Origin: an uncultured delta proteobacterium
GTDB lineage: Bacteria; Myxococcota; Kuafuiibacteriia; Kuafuiibacteriales; Kuafuiibacteriaceae
Direction of reading: 5' to 3'
Assembly (NCBI GenBank): GCA_963803435.1
Contig: CAWDML010000001.1
Span: 1,280,001 to 1,344,000, forward strand
DNA: 64,000 nt
How positions within the stretch are numbered: the first letter of the stretch is position 1; each line of letters starts with the position of its first letter. The position numbers and the translations under genes are program-made. The notes beneath the pieces are model-generated. The model was not told the origin of the DNA, did not search any database, and was given only the letters and a program-made list of their open reading frames with translations. Positions 1-9,563 of the stretch are shown here, in pieces.

Positions 1-398
1 GCGATCTTCCGCGCGTCCGGCGCGATCCCGCCGGCGTCCAGGAGCTGTCGAACGTCGCGGCGCAGCGGCCGGTCGAAGATCGCGAGGGCGTGCTCGATGG
101 TCAGGCGCACGTCGAGCGCACGGGCGGCGCTGCGCACGCTGTCCTCCGAAGTGAGGTCGACCGACGCGATCGGGTTGGCGGCGGGCGAGCGCCCCAGAAA
201 GCTCAACAGGCTGCTGAACCCGGTGCGCGTGCGACGGTCCTGTCCGGCCGCGCGGCGGTCCTTCTCGGTCTCGGCGCCGGCCTCCTCGAGACGGCTCGCC
301 TGTTCGAGCACCGGCGGGCGCCCGCCTTGCGCGACCGGTAGCTCGTCGCCCTCGAGGCTCGCTTGATTCGTCCGCTCGGACCGGATCTCCAACGACAT
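1..398 (-). CDS. hypothetical protein, N-terminal part (runs off the left edge)
   Basis: Manually translated open frame from ATG at 398 (MSLEIRSERTNQASLEG...) to the window edge; mostly GC3-rich codons; divergent from the SRAP gene; no recognisable motif. Confidence 0.5.
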   Translation of the reverse strand, partial: MSLEIRSERTNQASLEGDELPVAQGGRPPVLEQASRLEEAGAETEKDRRAAGQDRRTRTGFSSLLSFLGRSPAANPIASVDLTSEDSVRSAARALDVRLTIEHALAIFDRPLRRDVRQLLDAGGIAPDARKI

Positions 399-461
399 CG
401 CAACGGAGATTTTCGGCGGTTCAGAGCCGGGAGTGCTTCCATTTGAGCTACACTTCCACCT

Positions 462-1187
462 GTGTGCGGCCGGTACTCGCTCTCCGTGGATCCGCTCACG
501 ATCCAGCCGCGATTTCAGCTCGATCGACCGATCGAAGGCCCGCCCCGTCCCGAGTTCGGGCTGCCCAGGTTCAACGTGGCGCCCACGCAGGACGTGATCA
601 TCGTCCGGAGGAACGCCGCCGGCGAGCGCGTCGGCGTCTGGGCCCGCTGGGGCCTGGTTCCGCCCAGCGCGAAGGATCCGTCGGGCGGCGGCAAGATGAT
701 CAACGCGCGCGCTGAGACCCTGTTCACCAAGCCGGTGTTCAAGATGAGCGCACAGCTCCGGCGCTGCCTGGTGCCGGCGGACGGGTTCTTCGAGTGGACA
801 GGTGCCGGGAAGAGGAAGCAGCCCTTCCGCCTCATGATGAGGGACGGCCGCGTCTTCGCGATGGCCGGGATCTGGAGCCGGTGGCGCGGCGCGGACGGTG
901 AAGTCGTCGACACCTGCTCGGTGGTGACGTGCGCGCCGAGCCCGCTGATCGCGCCGTTCCACGATCGCATGCCGGTGATCCTGAAAGAGGAAGACTGGCC
1001 GCTCTGGCTCGACGCGCACGTGAAGACCGAGGCCGAGCTCGAGCGTCTCTTCGCGGCCTATCCCGACGCGGAGATGGCGGCGGTCTCGGTCTCACGCAGC
1101 GTGAACAGCGTGAAGAACGACGACCCCTCCTGCCTCGAGCCGGTCGAGCCGCTGCGGCCCGTGGAGCAGCTCGGTTTCGGGTTTTGA
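462..1187 (+). CDS. SOS response-associated peptidase (SRAP/YedK/HMCES family), abasic-site protection protein
   Basis: N-terminal MCGRY with catalytic Cys2; FNVAPTQ, INARAET, RCLVPADGFFEW and HDRMPVIL motifs. Confidence 0.95.
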   Translation: MCGRYSLSVDPLTIQPRFQLDRPIEGPPRPEFGLPRFNVAPTQDVIIVRRNAAGERVGVWARWGLVPPSAKDPSGGGKMINARAETLFTKPVFKMSAQLRRCLVPADGFFEWTGAGKRKQPFRLMMRDGRVFAMAGIWSRWRGADGEVVDTCSVVTCAPSPLIAPFHDRMPVILKEEDWPLWLDAHVKTEAELERLFAAYPDAEMAAVSVSRSVNSVKNDDPSCLEPVEPLRPVEQLGFGF

Positions 1188-1190
1188 CCT

Positions 1191-1233
1191 TGACACCTTG
1201 GCAGCCCCCCTGCGGGCGCCTGACAAATTGTCA
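1191..1233. promoter_or_regulatory. tandem palindromic sites, candidate enhancer (UAS) for a sigma54 activator
   Basis: Perfect palindrome TGACAA-A-TTGTCA at 1221-1233 and imperfect copy TGACACCTTGGCA at 1191-1203, 30 bp apart, about 80-120 bp upstream of the predicted sigma54 start site. Confidence 0.6.
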
Positions 1234-1286
1234 AAGCCTCCGCGGCCGAGCGCCGGATTCCGAGGCCCCCGCCGGGCGGGGCAAAC

Positions 1287-1303
1287 TTGGCATGCCGACT
1301 GCT
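1287..1303 (+). promoter_or_regulatory. sigma54 (-24/-12) promoter of the gsp operon
   Basis: TTGGCATGCCGACTGCT has exact GG-N10-GC spacing and matches TGGCAC-N5-TTGC; 20 bp upstream of the gspC start. Confidence 0.7.
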
Positions 1304-1323
1304 GGTTCCTTCCCCGAACCATC

Positions 1324-2263
1324 GTGATCGACACCTATTTCAAGCAGTTCTTCTGGACGTTCCATCTGGTGGCGCTGTTCGGGGGCGCCTTCCTGGTCGC
1401 CCGGACCGTGAACGTCTTCATCGGCAGCAGCCTCGAGACCTCGCCCGAGTCCATCGCGAGCGACCACGCCCGCGTCAGCCTTCATCCCGGCCCGCGCCTC
1501 TCCCCCGAGGAGACGGTGCCGCTGACCGCGTTCCTCGACCGCAATCTGTTCCACGCCGCCCGCGAGGATTCTGATCCCCGAGCCCGAGGCCGCCGAGAAG
1601 GCCGAAGAGGGCGTCTACGACCCAGATCAGTGCGATCCCTCGACCGTGAACGCGGAGCTGCTCGCGACGGTCGTCTCGTCCGATCCGGACGCCTCGATGG
1701 CGATGTTCGCCGACAAGGCGAAGCAGGAGTCGGAGGGCTACCGGATCGGCGACAAGCTGCTCGACCAGGCCGAGGTGGTCTCCATCGAGTGGCGGCGCGT
1801 GCTCGTGAAGCGCAACGGACGCTGCGAGAGCTTCAGCCTCCAGGAGGAGCCGCAGGTCCGGCGCGACGCCGTGGCGTCGAACGTTCCGCCGCCCGGCGCC
1901 CCCGACGACGTCAAGTTCGGTGAGGGCGTCAAGCAGACCAGCGGGGACGAGTACGAGATCCCGCGCGCCGAGATCGACAATGTGCTCTCCAACCTCAACC
2001 AGATCGCGACGCAGGCCCGCATCGTACCGAGCTTCCACAACGGCAAGGCGAACGGCTTCAAGCTGTTCTCGATCCGTCCAGGGAGCCTGTACTCGAAGAT
2101 CGGGATCCAGAACGGCGACATCATCCAGAAGATCAACGGATTCGAGATCAACAGCCCCGACAAGGCGCTCGAGATCTATTCGAAGCTCAAGGACGCGACC
2201 TCGATCAGTGTCGATCTCGTCCGCCGAGGGAAGTCGAAGTCCCTCAGCTACAACATCCGGTAG
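1324..2263 (+). CDS. gspC: type II secretion protein GspC (PDZ-containing); +1 frameshift at about 1570, probably a sequencing error
   Basis: N-terminal TM segment (FWTFHLVALFGGAFLVA) from GTG 1324; removing one T in GATTCTGATC (1567-1576) joins it to ORF 1646-2263 with HR domain and PDZ (GFKLFSIRPGSLYSKIGIQNGDII); first gene before gspD. Confidence 0.88.
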
Positions 2264-2269
2264 GAACCG

Positions 2270-4915
2270 ATGCAGGAGAACCACATCAAGCTGCCCCCGT
2301 TGGTCGCAGTCGCGACCGCGATCTCGTTCCTCATGGTGAGCACTGCGTTCGCGCAGGAGGGCGAGGAAAAAAAGAAGCTCCCGCTCCAGAAGACGCCGCT
2401 CGTGAACCCCCGCGGGCTCCGAATCCCGGGCATCCTCCCCCAGCTCAAGAAGGCGCCTCCCCCGCGCAACGTGAAGCCCCGCGGTGGGGTCAAGGGGGCG
2501 AGCTCGGGGACCGATGAGCCGGTCAAGCTGACCGCGCCCACCCACGAGGAGGGCGAAGGGCCCAGCTTCTCCAACCTCAAGAAGTCGAAGAACGGGCGCT
2601 GCAAGCCGATGGCGTCGACCGACAAGGTCACCTTCGACTTCAAGGGCGACATCCAGGAGCTCGTCGAGACGATCAGCAAGACCACCTGCAAGAACTTCAT
2701 CCTCACCAACAAGGTGCGGAGTCAGAAGTTCGAGATCCTCTCACCGAGCCCCATCACGGTGGCGGAGGCCTGGCGGGCGTTCCTGTCCTCCCTCGAGGCG
2801 AACGACTTCACGATCATCCAGGTCGGCCGCTACTACAAGATCATCCAGGCCACCGACGGCACGCGCGCGCCGGTGCCGATGTACCAGCCCGACGCGGAGA
2901 CGCCGGTCGATGATCGGATGGTCACCAAGATCTGGAAGCTCGAGCACGGCGGGGACGTCAACGGCGTCGTCAACTACCTGAACATCTTCAAGAGCAACAA
3001 GGGTCAGGTCCACCCATTTGCCGCCACCAACACGATCATCGCCACCGACTTCGGAACCTCGATCGATCGACTGGAGCGGATCCTCAAGGAGATCGACCAA
3101 CCCGGCGGCGTCGAGCGCGTCCACATCGTCCCGGTCCAGTTCGCCTCGGCCACGGACATCTCGGACAAGCTGACGCAGGTGTTCGAGCCCCAGAAGGGCG
3201 GCGCCAACGGACAGCGGCCGACGGTGTCGGCGCGCCTCAAGGTCCCCCGCCCCAACAACCCTGCGGAGGGCGGCCAACAGAACGCGGGTGAGGACGAGGG
3301 GGCGGTCGCGGTCTCCAAGATCCTCGCCGACGATCGCACGAACAAGCTGATCATCATCTCTTCGGAGCGCGCCTACAAACAGATCCTGGCACTGCTCAAG
3401 GAGCTCGACATTCCGGAGACCGAGAACAGCCAGATCCACGTGCTCCGCCTGAAGCACGCCGACGCCGAGGAGCTGGCCTCGACGCTCTCGTCCCTCTCGC
3501 AGGGCAAGCCGACCACGCCCCGCCCCGCCGCGGCCGCCGCCAGCAAAGGCCGGGTGCCGACGCCGCCGGTCGCTTCTTCCGGCGCCGCCAGCGCGGCCCT
3601 GTTCCAGGGTGACGTCAAGGTCACCGCCGACAAGTCGACGAACAGCCTGATCATCACCGCCTCCCGGGCCGATCTCACCTCGATGAAGCGCGTGATCGAT
3701 CAGCTCGACGTGGCTCGCTTCCAGGTCTTCGTGGAGGCCATGATCCTGGAGGTCGCGATCAAGCGCGACCGTCAGATCGGCACCGGCTGGCACGGCGGGT
3801 TCGCGCCCACGATCAACGGGCAGCAATCCCCGATCGTCTTCGGCAACACGCCCAACCAGGATCTCTCGTCGCTCATCACGACGGCCAACCCGCTCAGCCT
3901 GGCCAGCCTGCTCGGCTTCGCCGGCGCCGTTCGCGGGCCGACCATCCCCGGCACCGAGACGATCGTGCAGGGCGGCATCCCGGCCCTGGGCGTGGTGGTC
4001 CAGGCGCTCCAGTCCTCGAACGACGTCAACGTGGTGTCGACGCCGCACCTCCTCACGATGGACAACGAGGAGGCCGAGATCCAGGTTAACGAGAAGCGCC
4101 CCTTCCCCTCCGGCCTCTCGCTGGGCGGCCTGGGCGGTCTCGCCTCGAGCCTGGCGGGCTCGGCCGGCGCTGCGGGGGCGCTCGGCAACATCGGCGGGCT
4201 CGGGTTGGGCGCGGTGTCCTTCAACCGTGAAGACATCGGTCTCACGCTCAAGCTCAAGCCGCAGATCAATGACGACGAGTACGTTCGGCTCGAGATCGAT
4301 CAGGAGCTGTCCGACGTGGCCGGCGTAGACCAGGTCACGGGTCAGACCATCACCTCCAAGCGCTCGGCCAAGACGACGGTGGAAGTGCGCAGCCAGGACA
4401 GTGTCGTGATCGGCGGACTGGTGCGCGATCGCGAGACGATCGACGAGGCGAAGACGCCGCTGCTCGGCGATCTCCCACTGATCGGTTGGCTGTTCAAGCG
4501 CCAACAGAAGACGATGGAGAAGGTGAACCTCCTCCTGATCCTGACGCCGTACATCATTCGCGGCCCGGACGACTTCCGGAAGATCTTCGAGCGCAAGATG
4601 GAGGAGCGAAAGGACTTCATCGATCGCTTCTACGGCTACCTCGAGGAGGCGTACGTGCCGGCGATCGACTGGGACCGGAAGCTGGGCCCGCTCGCGTCGT
4701 ACCGGATCCGGATGCGCCGGGAGCTGCAGAAGGCCGAGAACGAGGGACCGGGCACGCCCGACGAGACGATCATTCGCCCGAAGGAGGAGCCGAAGACGCT
4801 CGATCTCGACCTCGACACCGACGGCGACGAGGACGGCGAGAATCCGGGGACCGAGACACCGGAGACGCCGCCCGTACCGCCTGACCAACCACCACCGACG
4901 CCCGACGATCTGTGA
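2270..4915 (+). CDS. gspD: type II secretion secretin GspD
   Basis: Signal peptide, N0-N3 domains, QVFVEAMILEV, STPHLLTMDNEEAEI, KTPLLGDLPLIGWLF and LLILTPYII secretin motifs. Confidence 0.96.
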   Translation: MQENHIKLPPLVAVATAISFLMVSTAFAQEGEEKKKLPLQKTPLVNPRGLRIPGILPQLKKAPPPRNVKPRGGVKGASSGTDEPVKLTAPTHEEGEGPSFSNLKKSKNGRCKPMASTDKVTFDFKGDIQELVETISKTTCKNFILTNKVRSQKFEILSPSPITVAEAWRAFLSSLEANDFTIIQVGRYYKIIQATDGTRAPVPMYQPDAETPVDDRMVTKIWKLEHGGDVNGVVNYLNIFKSNKGQVHPFAATNTIIATDFGTSIDRLERILKEIDQPGGVERVHIVPVQFASATDISDKLTQVFEPQKGGANGQRPTVSARLKVPRPNNPAEGGQQNAGEDEGAVAVSKILADDRTNKLIIISSERAYKQILALLKELDIPETENSQIHVLRLKHADAEELASTLSSLSQGKPTTPRPAAAAASKGRVPTPPVASSGAASAALFQGDVKVTADKSTNSLIITASRADLTSMKRVIDQLDVARFQVFVEAMILEVAIKRDRQIGTGWHGGFAPTINGQQSPIVFGNTPNQDLSSLITTANPLSLASLLGFAGAVRGPTIPGTETIVQGGIPALGVVVQALQSSNDVNVVSTPHLLTMDNEEAEIQVNEKRPFPSGLSLGGLGGLASSLAGSAGAAGALGNIGGLGLGAVSFNREDIGLTLKLKPQINDDEYVRLEIDQELSDVAGVDQVTGQTITSKRSAKTTVEVRSQDSVVIGGLVRDRETIDEAKTPLLGDLPLIGWLFKRQQKTMEKVNLLLILTPYIIRGPDDFRKIFERKMEERKDFIDRFYGYLEEAYVPAIDWDRKLGPLASYRIRMRRELQKAENEGPGTPDETIIRPKEEPKTLDLDLDTDGDEDGENPGTETPETPPVPPDQPPPTPDDL

Positions 4916-4925
4916 GGAGCTGGAG

Positions 4926-6683
4926 TTGTCTCAGGAAGTCACCATCGTGAGCGCGAACCCGGTGAGCCAGGACCGGCTCGCCGGCCGTCCACTGGGCGAG
5001 ATCATGATCTCGCTGGGGATGCTCGCACCCGAGGACATCGGCAACGCGCTCGAGGCGCAGTACGACACCCACAAGGGCGAGCGCATCGGCGAGATCCTGG
5101 TGGCGCAGCGGAAGATCGATCGGGAGCAGCTGGCCAAAGCCCTCTCGATCCAGCTGGAGATGCCGCTGCTCAGCCGGATCGAGATCGAGAAGGTCTCCGA
5201 CGAGCTGGTTCAGAGCGTCCCCATCTCCTTCGCGAAGCAGCACACGCTGATCCCGCTGTCCCAGATCGGCGACTCCATCCTCGCCGCGATCGCCGATCCG
5301 CTCGACACCGAGGCGCTGGACGACCTCGCGCTCCTGCTCGACTCGCGCATCCACGCGGTGATCGCGCTCCCTGATGCCATCACCGAGGCGATCAACAAGG
5401 TCTACGACCGCGCCACCGGGCTGGCGCAGTCGGCGGTGCAGGACCTCCAGACCGAGGACGAGGACGCCGGCGACATCGACGCGATCGACCTGATCGACGA
5501 GCACGGCTCGGACGACGCGCCGATCATTCGCTTCGTCAACGCGCTCCTGCGCGACGCCGTGAAGAGCCGCGCCTCCGACATTCACATCGAGAGCTACGAG
5601 CGGCAGGTCGCGGTGAGGGAGCGCATCGACGGCATCCTCTACCACAAGGTGCAGGCGCCCAAGCACGCACAGTCCTCGATCGTCGCCCGCGTGAAGATCA
5701 TGGCAGGGCTCAACATCGCCGAGAAGCGCCTGCCTCAGGACGGCCGCATCCGCCGCAAGATCGCCGGCAAGGACATCGACGTCCGCGTCAGCACGATCCC
5801 GACCTCGCACGGCGAGCGCATCGTCATGCGTATCCTCGACCGCAGCGCGGTGCTCCTGGAGATGGAGCAGCTCGGGTTCTCGCCGCGCAACCTGAAGGAT
5901 CTCGAGAGCCTGATCACCCGGCCCCACGGCATCCTGCTGGTCTCGGGTCCCACCGGCTCCGGCAAGACGACTACGCTCTACGCGGCCCTGGCCAAGATCA
6001 ACCAGCCCGACATCAACATCCTCACCGTCGAGGATCCGGTCGAGTACCAGCTGCAGGGCATCGGCCAGATGCAGGTGAACAGCAAGATCGACCTGACCTT
6101 CGCCAACGGGCTGCGCTCGTTCCTGCGTCAGGATCCGGACGTGATCATGGTCGGTGAGATCCGCGATCGTGAGACGGCGGAGATCGCGATCCAGGCCTCC
6201 CTGACCGGCCACCTGGTGCTCTCCACAGTCCACACGAACGACGCCCCCGGCGCGGTCACCCGTCTGGTGGAGATGGGCGTCGAGCCCTTCCTCGTCTCCT
6301 CCACGCTGATCGGCGTGCTGGCGCAGCGCCTGGTGCGAACGCTCTGCAGCGCCTGCAAGGAGGCGTACGAGCCGAGCGCCGAGGAGATGCAGAAGATCGG
6401 CGTGAAGCCGCGGCCCGACCTCCGCTTCTATCGCGAGGTCGGCTGCTCGAACTGCCTCAACACCGGATACAAGGGCCGGCTCGGGATCTACGAGCTGCTG
6501 CTGATCAGCGACGAGATCCGAAAGCTGATCCTCAAGAACGTCGACGCCGGAACCATCAAGCGGGAAGCGACGAGCTCGGGGATGAAGACGCTCCTGACGG
6601 ACGGCATCGACAAGGTCCTCAACGGCATCACCACCCCCGAGGAGGTGCTGCGCGTGGCCAAGGACGAGGAGGTGTTCGTATGA
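4926..6683 (+). CDS. gspE: type II secretion ATPase GspE
   Basis: Walker A GPTGSGKTT, TVEDPVEY, LRQDPDVIMVGEIRD, tetracysteine CxxC...CxxC; MshEN-like N-terminus (RPLGEIMI, RIGEILV); GGAG RBS before TTG. Confidence 0.97.
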   Translation: MSQEVTIVSANPVSQDRLAGRPLGEIMISLGMLAPEDIGNALEAQYDTHKGERIGEILVAQRKIDREQLAKALSIQLEMPLLSRIEIEKVSDELVQSVPISFAKQHTLIPLSQIGDSILAAIADPLDTEALDDLALLLDSRIHAVIALPDAITEAINKVYDRATGLAQSAVQDLQTEDEDAGDIDAIDLIDEHGSDDAPIIRFVNALLRDAVKSRASDIHIESYERQVAVRERIDGILYHKVQAPKHAQSSIVARVKIMAGLNIAEKRLPQDGRIRRKIAGKDIDVRVSTIPTSHGERIVMRILDRSAVLLEMEQLGFSPRNLKDLESLITRPHGILLVSGPTGSGKTTTLYAALAKINQPDINILTVEDPVEYQLQGIGQMQVNSKIDLTFANGLRSFLRQDPDVIMVGEIRDRETAEIAIQASLTGHLVLSTVHTNDAPGAVTRLVEMGVEPFLVSSTLIGVLAQRLVRTLCSACKEAYEPSAEEMQKIGVKPRPDLRFYREVGCSNCLNTGYKGRLGIYELLLISDEIRKLILKNVDAGTIKREATSSGMKTLLTDGIDKVLNGITTPEEVLRVAKDEEVFV

Positions 6684-7183
6684 ATCCCATCGTCGCCGGC
6701 GCCGTCTCGCTGTGCTTGATCGGCGTCGCGGATCAGCGGCAGGCCACCGAGGCGACGCTGATGAGCCTGCGCGGTGCGATCGCCGTGTTCAAGATCCGCA
6801 CCGATCGCTGGCCGCGCAACCTCGCGGAGGTGGCCGAGGCGCGGCTGATCGACGCGGTGCCGAACGACGCCTGGGGCCGCCCGTTCCTCTGGCTCCGGCC
6901 GATCGACCGGCGCGGCTCGGGATGCCTGCTCTCCACCGGACCGGACGGGCAGCCCGCCACCGCGGACGACGTCACCGAGGGCTGCGATCCGGCCGTGCTC
7001 AACCAGCACCTCCTGGTGCGCGCCGGGCTGCTCCACGCCTCCGAGCAGCGCGACGCCTACGGCCATCCGATCCAGCTGCTCCACGAGGGCCACGGGCTGC
7101 TCGCCTGGTCCTACGGGCCCGACGGACGACCCGACACCTCGGACGACCAGGTGGCGCGCATCGCCGAGCGAGGGGGCGACTGA
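6680..7183 (+). CDS. GspG-like protein with two tandem pseudopilin C-terminal motifs and no class III signal peptide
   Basis: DAWGRPF...STGPDGQPATADD and DAYGHPI...SYGPDGRPDTSDD; overlaps the gspE stop (ATGA) and the gspF start (TGATG). Confidence 0.75.
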   Translation: MNPIVAGAVSLCLIGVADQRQATEATLMSLRGAIAVFKIRTDRWPRNLAEVAEARLIDAVPNDAWGRPFLWLRPIDRRGSGCLLSTGPDGQPATADDVTEGCDPAVLNQHLLVRAGLLHASEQRDAYGHPIQLLHEGHGLLAWSYGPDGRPDTSDDQVARIAERGGD

Positions 7184-8418
7184 TGCCCGTCTACGCCTAC
7201 AAGGGCCTCGACCTCGGCGGGAAGGAGGTCAAGGGCCTCCTCGACGCCGAGTCGCCCAAGATGCTCCGCACGCTGCTCAAGAAGCAGGGGGTGCGGATCG
7301 TCGATCACCACGAGGAGAGCCAGAAGAAGGGGAAGGTCCAGATCACCGGGTCGACGGAGATCGACCTGAAGAAGTACTTCGAGCGCGTCACCGTCGCGGA
7401 CGTCGCGCTCACCACGCGCCAGCTGGCCACCCTTCTCAAGAGCGGCATCACGCTGATCAACTCGCTGTCCGCGATCGTCGACCAGGTCGAGAACGAGAAG
7501 CTCAAGAAGGCGTTCGGCGAGATCAAGACGTCCGTCAACGAGGGCTCCTCACTCGCCGACGCCATGGGCCAGCACCCGGCGATCTTCGACCATCTCTACG
7601 TCAGCATGGTGCGCGCGGGTGAAGCGTCCGGCGCGCTGGACGCCGTGCTGGTCCGCCTCGCCGACTTCACCGAGTCGCAGGCCCGCCTGCGCTCGAAGAT
7701 CATGAGCGCGATGCTCTACCCGATCATCATGCTCGGTATCGGCAGCATCATCATGGTCATCCTCTTCGTGGTGGTCATCCCTCGGATCACGAAGATCTTC
7801 GACCAGGTGAAGGCGGAGCTGCCGATCCAGACGAAGATCCTGATCTTCATGGCCGACGTGGTGAAGGGCTACTGGTGGCTGCTGGTGCCCAGCGTGGTCT
7901 TCGGGATCGTGTTCTTCCTTCGCTGGAAGAAGTCGGACAAGGGAAGGCCCAAGTGGGACCGTTACATCTTGGTCGCCCCGATCGTCGGAGCCGTGGTGCG
8001 GCTGGTGGCGATCGCGCGCTTTGCCCGGACGCTGGCGACGCTGCTGCGCTCGGGTGTGCCGGTCCTGAACGCGCTCGACATCACCAAGGATGTGCTCAAC
8101 AATGTACGGCTCGCCGACGTCGTGGCGGAGGCGCGCGAAGCGATCCGCGAAGGTGAATCGATCGCCGCGCCGCTCAAGAAGTCACGCGAGTTCCCGCCGA
8201 TCGTGGTGCACATGATCGCGACCGGCGAGGCCTCGGGTCAGCTCGAGGAGATGCTGGAGCACGTGGCCGACAACTACGACTTTCAGGTGGACCAGAAGGT
8301 GGAGAAGCTCACGACCCTGATCGAGCCCATCATGATCGTGGGCATGGGAGTGACCGTGGCATTCGTCGTGTTCTCCATCCTGATGCCCATCCTTCAGCTC
8401 TCGCAGCACATTCGGTGA
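7183..8418 (+). CDS. gspF: type II secretion inner membrane protein GspF
   Basis: ATG 7183 MPVYAYKG; TRQLATLLKSG, MVRAGEASGALD, MIATGEASGQLEEML, LIEPIMI. Confidence 0.96.
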   Translation: MPVYAYKGLDLGGKEVKGLLDAESPKMLRTLLKKQGVRIVDHHEESQKKGKVQITGSTEIDLKKYFERVTVADVALTTRQLATLLKSGITLINSLSAIVDQVENEKLKKAFGEIKTSVNEGSSLADAMGQHPAIFDHLYVSMVRAGEASGALDAVLVRLADFTESQARLRSKIMSAMLYPIIMLGIGSIIMVILFVVVIPRITKIFDQVKAELPIQTKILIFMADVVKGYWWLLVPSVVFGIVFFLRWKKSDKGRPKWDRYILVAPIVGAVVRLVAIARFARTLATLLRSGVPVLNALDITKDVLNNVRLADVVAEAREAIREGESIAAPLKKSREFPPIVVHMIATGEASGQLEEMLEHVADNYDFQVDQKVEKLTTLIEPIMIVGMGVTVAFVVFSILMPILQLSQHIR

Positions 8419-8428
8419 AGAGGACCAT

Positions 8429-8857
8429 ATGAACCAGAGCACCAAGCAGAGAAACAAGCGCCGGGGCCGAAGGAGTCGTCGCGGCTTGACGCTCATCGAG
8501 ATCCTCGTCGTCGTCACGATCCTCGGCCTCATCGCCGGGATCGTGGGCATCACGGTGGCGAACCAGCTCGAGGAGGCCAAGGTCGACACGGCCAACGTCC
8601 AGATGAAGAACATCTCGGAGGCCCTCGAGCTCTACAAGATCAAGTTCAACCGCTACCCGAACACCGCGGAGGGCCTCCAGGCGCTCTCGAAGCCGCCCGA
8701 GGGCAAGAAGCCGCTGATGGAGCACATCCCGAAGGACCCGTGGGACGCCGAGTTCATCTTCGTGTGCCCGGGCCAGCACACCCCGTCGAAGTTCGACCTC
8801 CAGTCGAAGGGGCCGGACGGCATCGCGGACTCAGAGGACGACGTGAAGAACTGGTGA
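8429..8857 (+). CDS. gspG: major pseudopilin GspG
   Basis: Basic leader, RRG|LTLIE prepilin site, ALELYK...YP, GLQAL, PKDPW, SKGPDG. Confidence 0.95.
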   Translation: MNQSTKQRNKRRGRRSRRGLTLIEILVVVTILGLIAGIVGITVANQLEEAKVDTANVQMKNISEALELYKIKFNRYPNTAEGLQALSKPPEGKKPLMEHIPKDPWDAEFIFVCPGQHTPSKFDLQSKGPDGIADSEDDVKNW

Positions 8858-8861
8858 AGGT

Positions 8862-9563
8862 ATGAAGCGGCCCCGGCACCATCGCGTCGGTCTGACGCTC
8901 ATCGAGATCACGGTCGCGCTCGCGATCGCAGCGCTGGTGGTCGGGGCCGGCGTGATCAGCCTGAACGCCCTCACCGATGCCGACCTCAAGTCGGCCGCCG
9001 TCGAGATCACCGGAGCGATCAAGTTCACCTACGATCGCTCGATCATGCAGAAGCGCACCGAGCGCATGGGCTTCGACATCAACAAGGGCCTCTGGTGGAT
9101 CGACTACACGGACGATCCGTACGCGCTCGCTCGCGAGCGCACCACCGGCAAGAGCGGAGCGGAGTCGCCGGATGACAAGAAGCCGGCCAAGGCCCAGACG
9201 CTCGACGAGCTCTTCGAGAAGGCCGACGACCCGGAGACCGAGGTCAAGCAGGCGATGGCCGGCGGGAAGGCCTCGGCGTTCGCAGGCGACGAGGAGGCCG
9301 GGCCCCCGCGGAACCTTCCGAGCGGCGTCTCCTTCTCCAAGGTCTGGACTGGACACCAGGACGAGCCGTTCACCGAGGGCATCGCGTACCTGCACTTCTT
9401 CCGCAGCGGCTGGACCGAGCCGGCGCAGATCGAGCTGACGGACGGCGACGACTACATCACCCTGAAGGTCTTCCCGCTGACGGGCCGGGTGCGCATGTAC
9501 AAGAAGAAGATCGACGACCAGAAGGCGGAACGGGTCGACGGCCGCGAGGAGGGCGACGAATGA
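8862..9563 (+). CDS. gspH: minor pseudopilin GspH
   Basis: G|LTLIE prepilin motif plus hydrophobic helix; C-terminal FFRSG...VFPLTGRV; position after gspG. Confidence 0.85.
   Translation: MKRPRHHRVGLTLIEITVALAIAALVVGAGVISLNALTDADLKSAAVEITGAIKFTYDRSIMQKRTERMGFDINKGLWWIDYTDDPYALARERTTGKSGAESPDDKKPAKAQTLDELFEKADDPETEVKQAMAGGKASAFAGDEEAGPPRNLPSGVSFSKVWTGHQDEPFTEGIAYLHFFRSGWTEPAQIELTDGDDYITLKVFPLTGRVRMYKKKIDDQKAERVDGREEGDE

Noticed and set aside
462-1187. SRAP gene as a marker of a prophage or SOS mutagenesis cassette
   Set aside because: No phage, integrase, imuABC or umuDC genes nearby and no LexA box recognised.
1560-1580. Programmed frameshifting or phase variation in gspC and the other split genes
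   Set aside because: No slippery heptamers or long homopolymer/SSR tracts; the shared GATC context points to systematic sequencing error.
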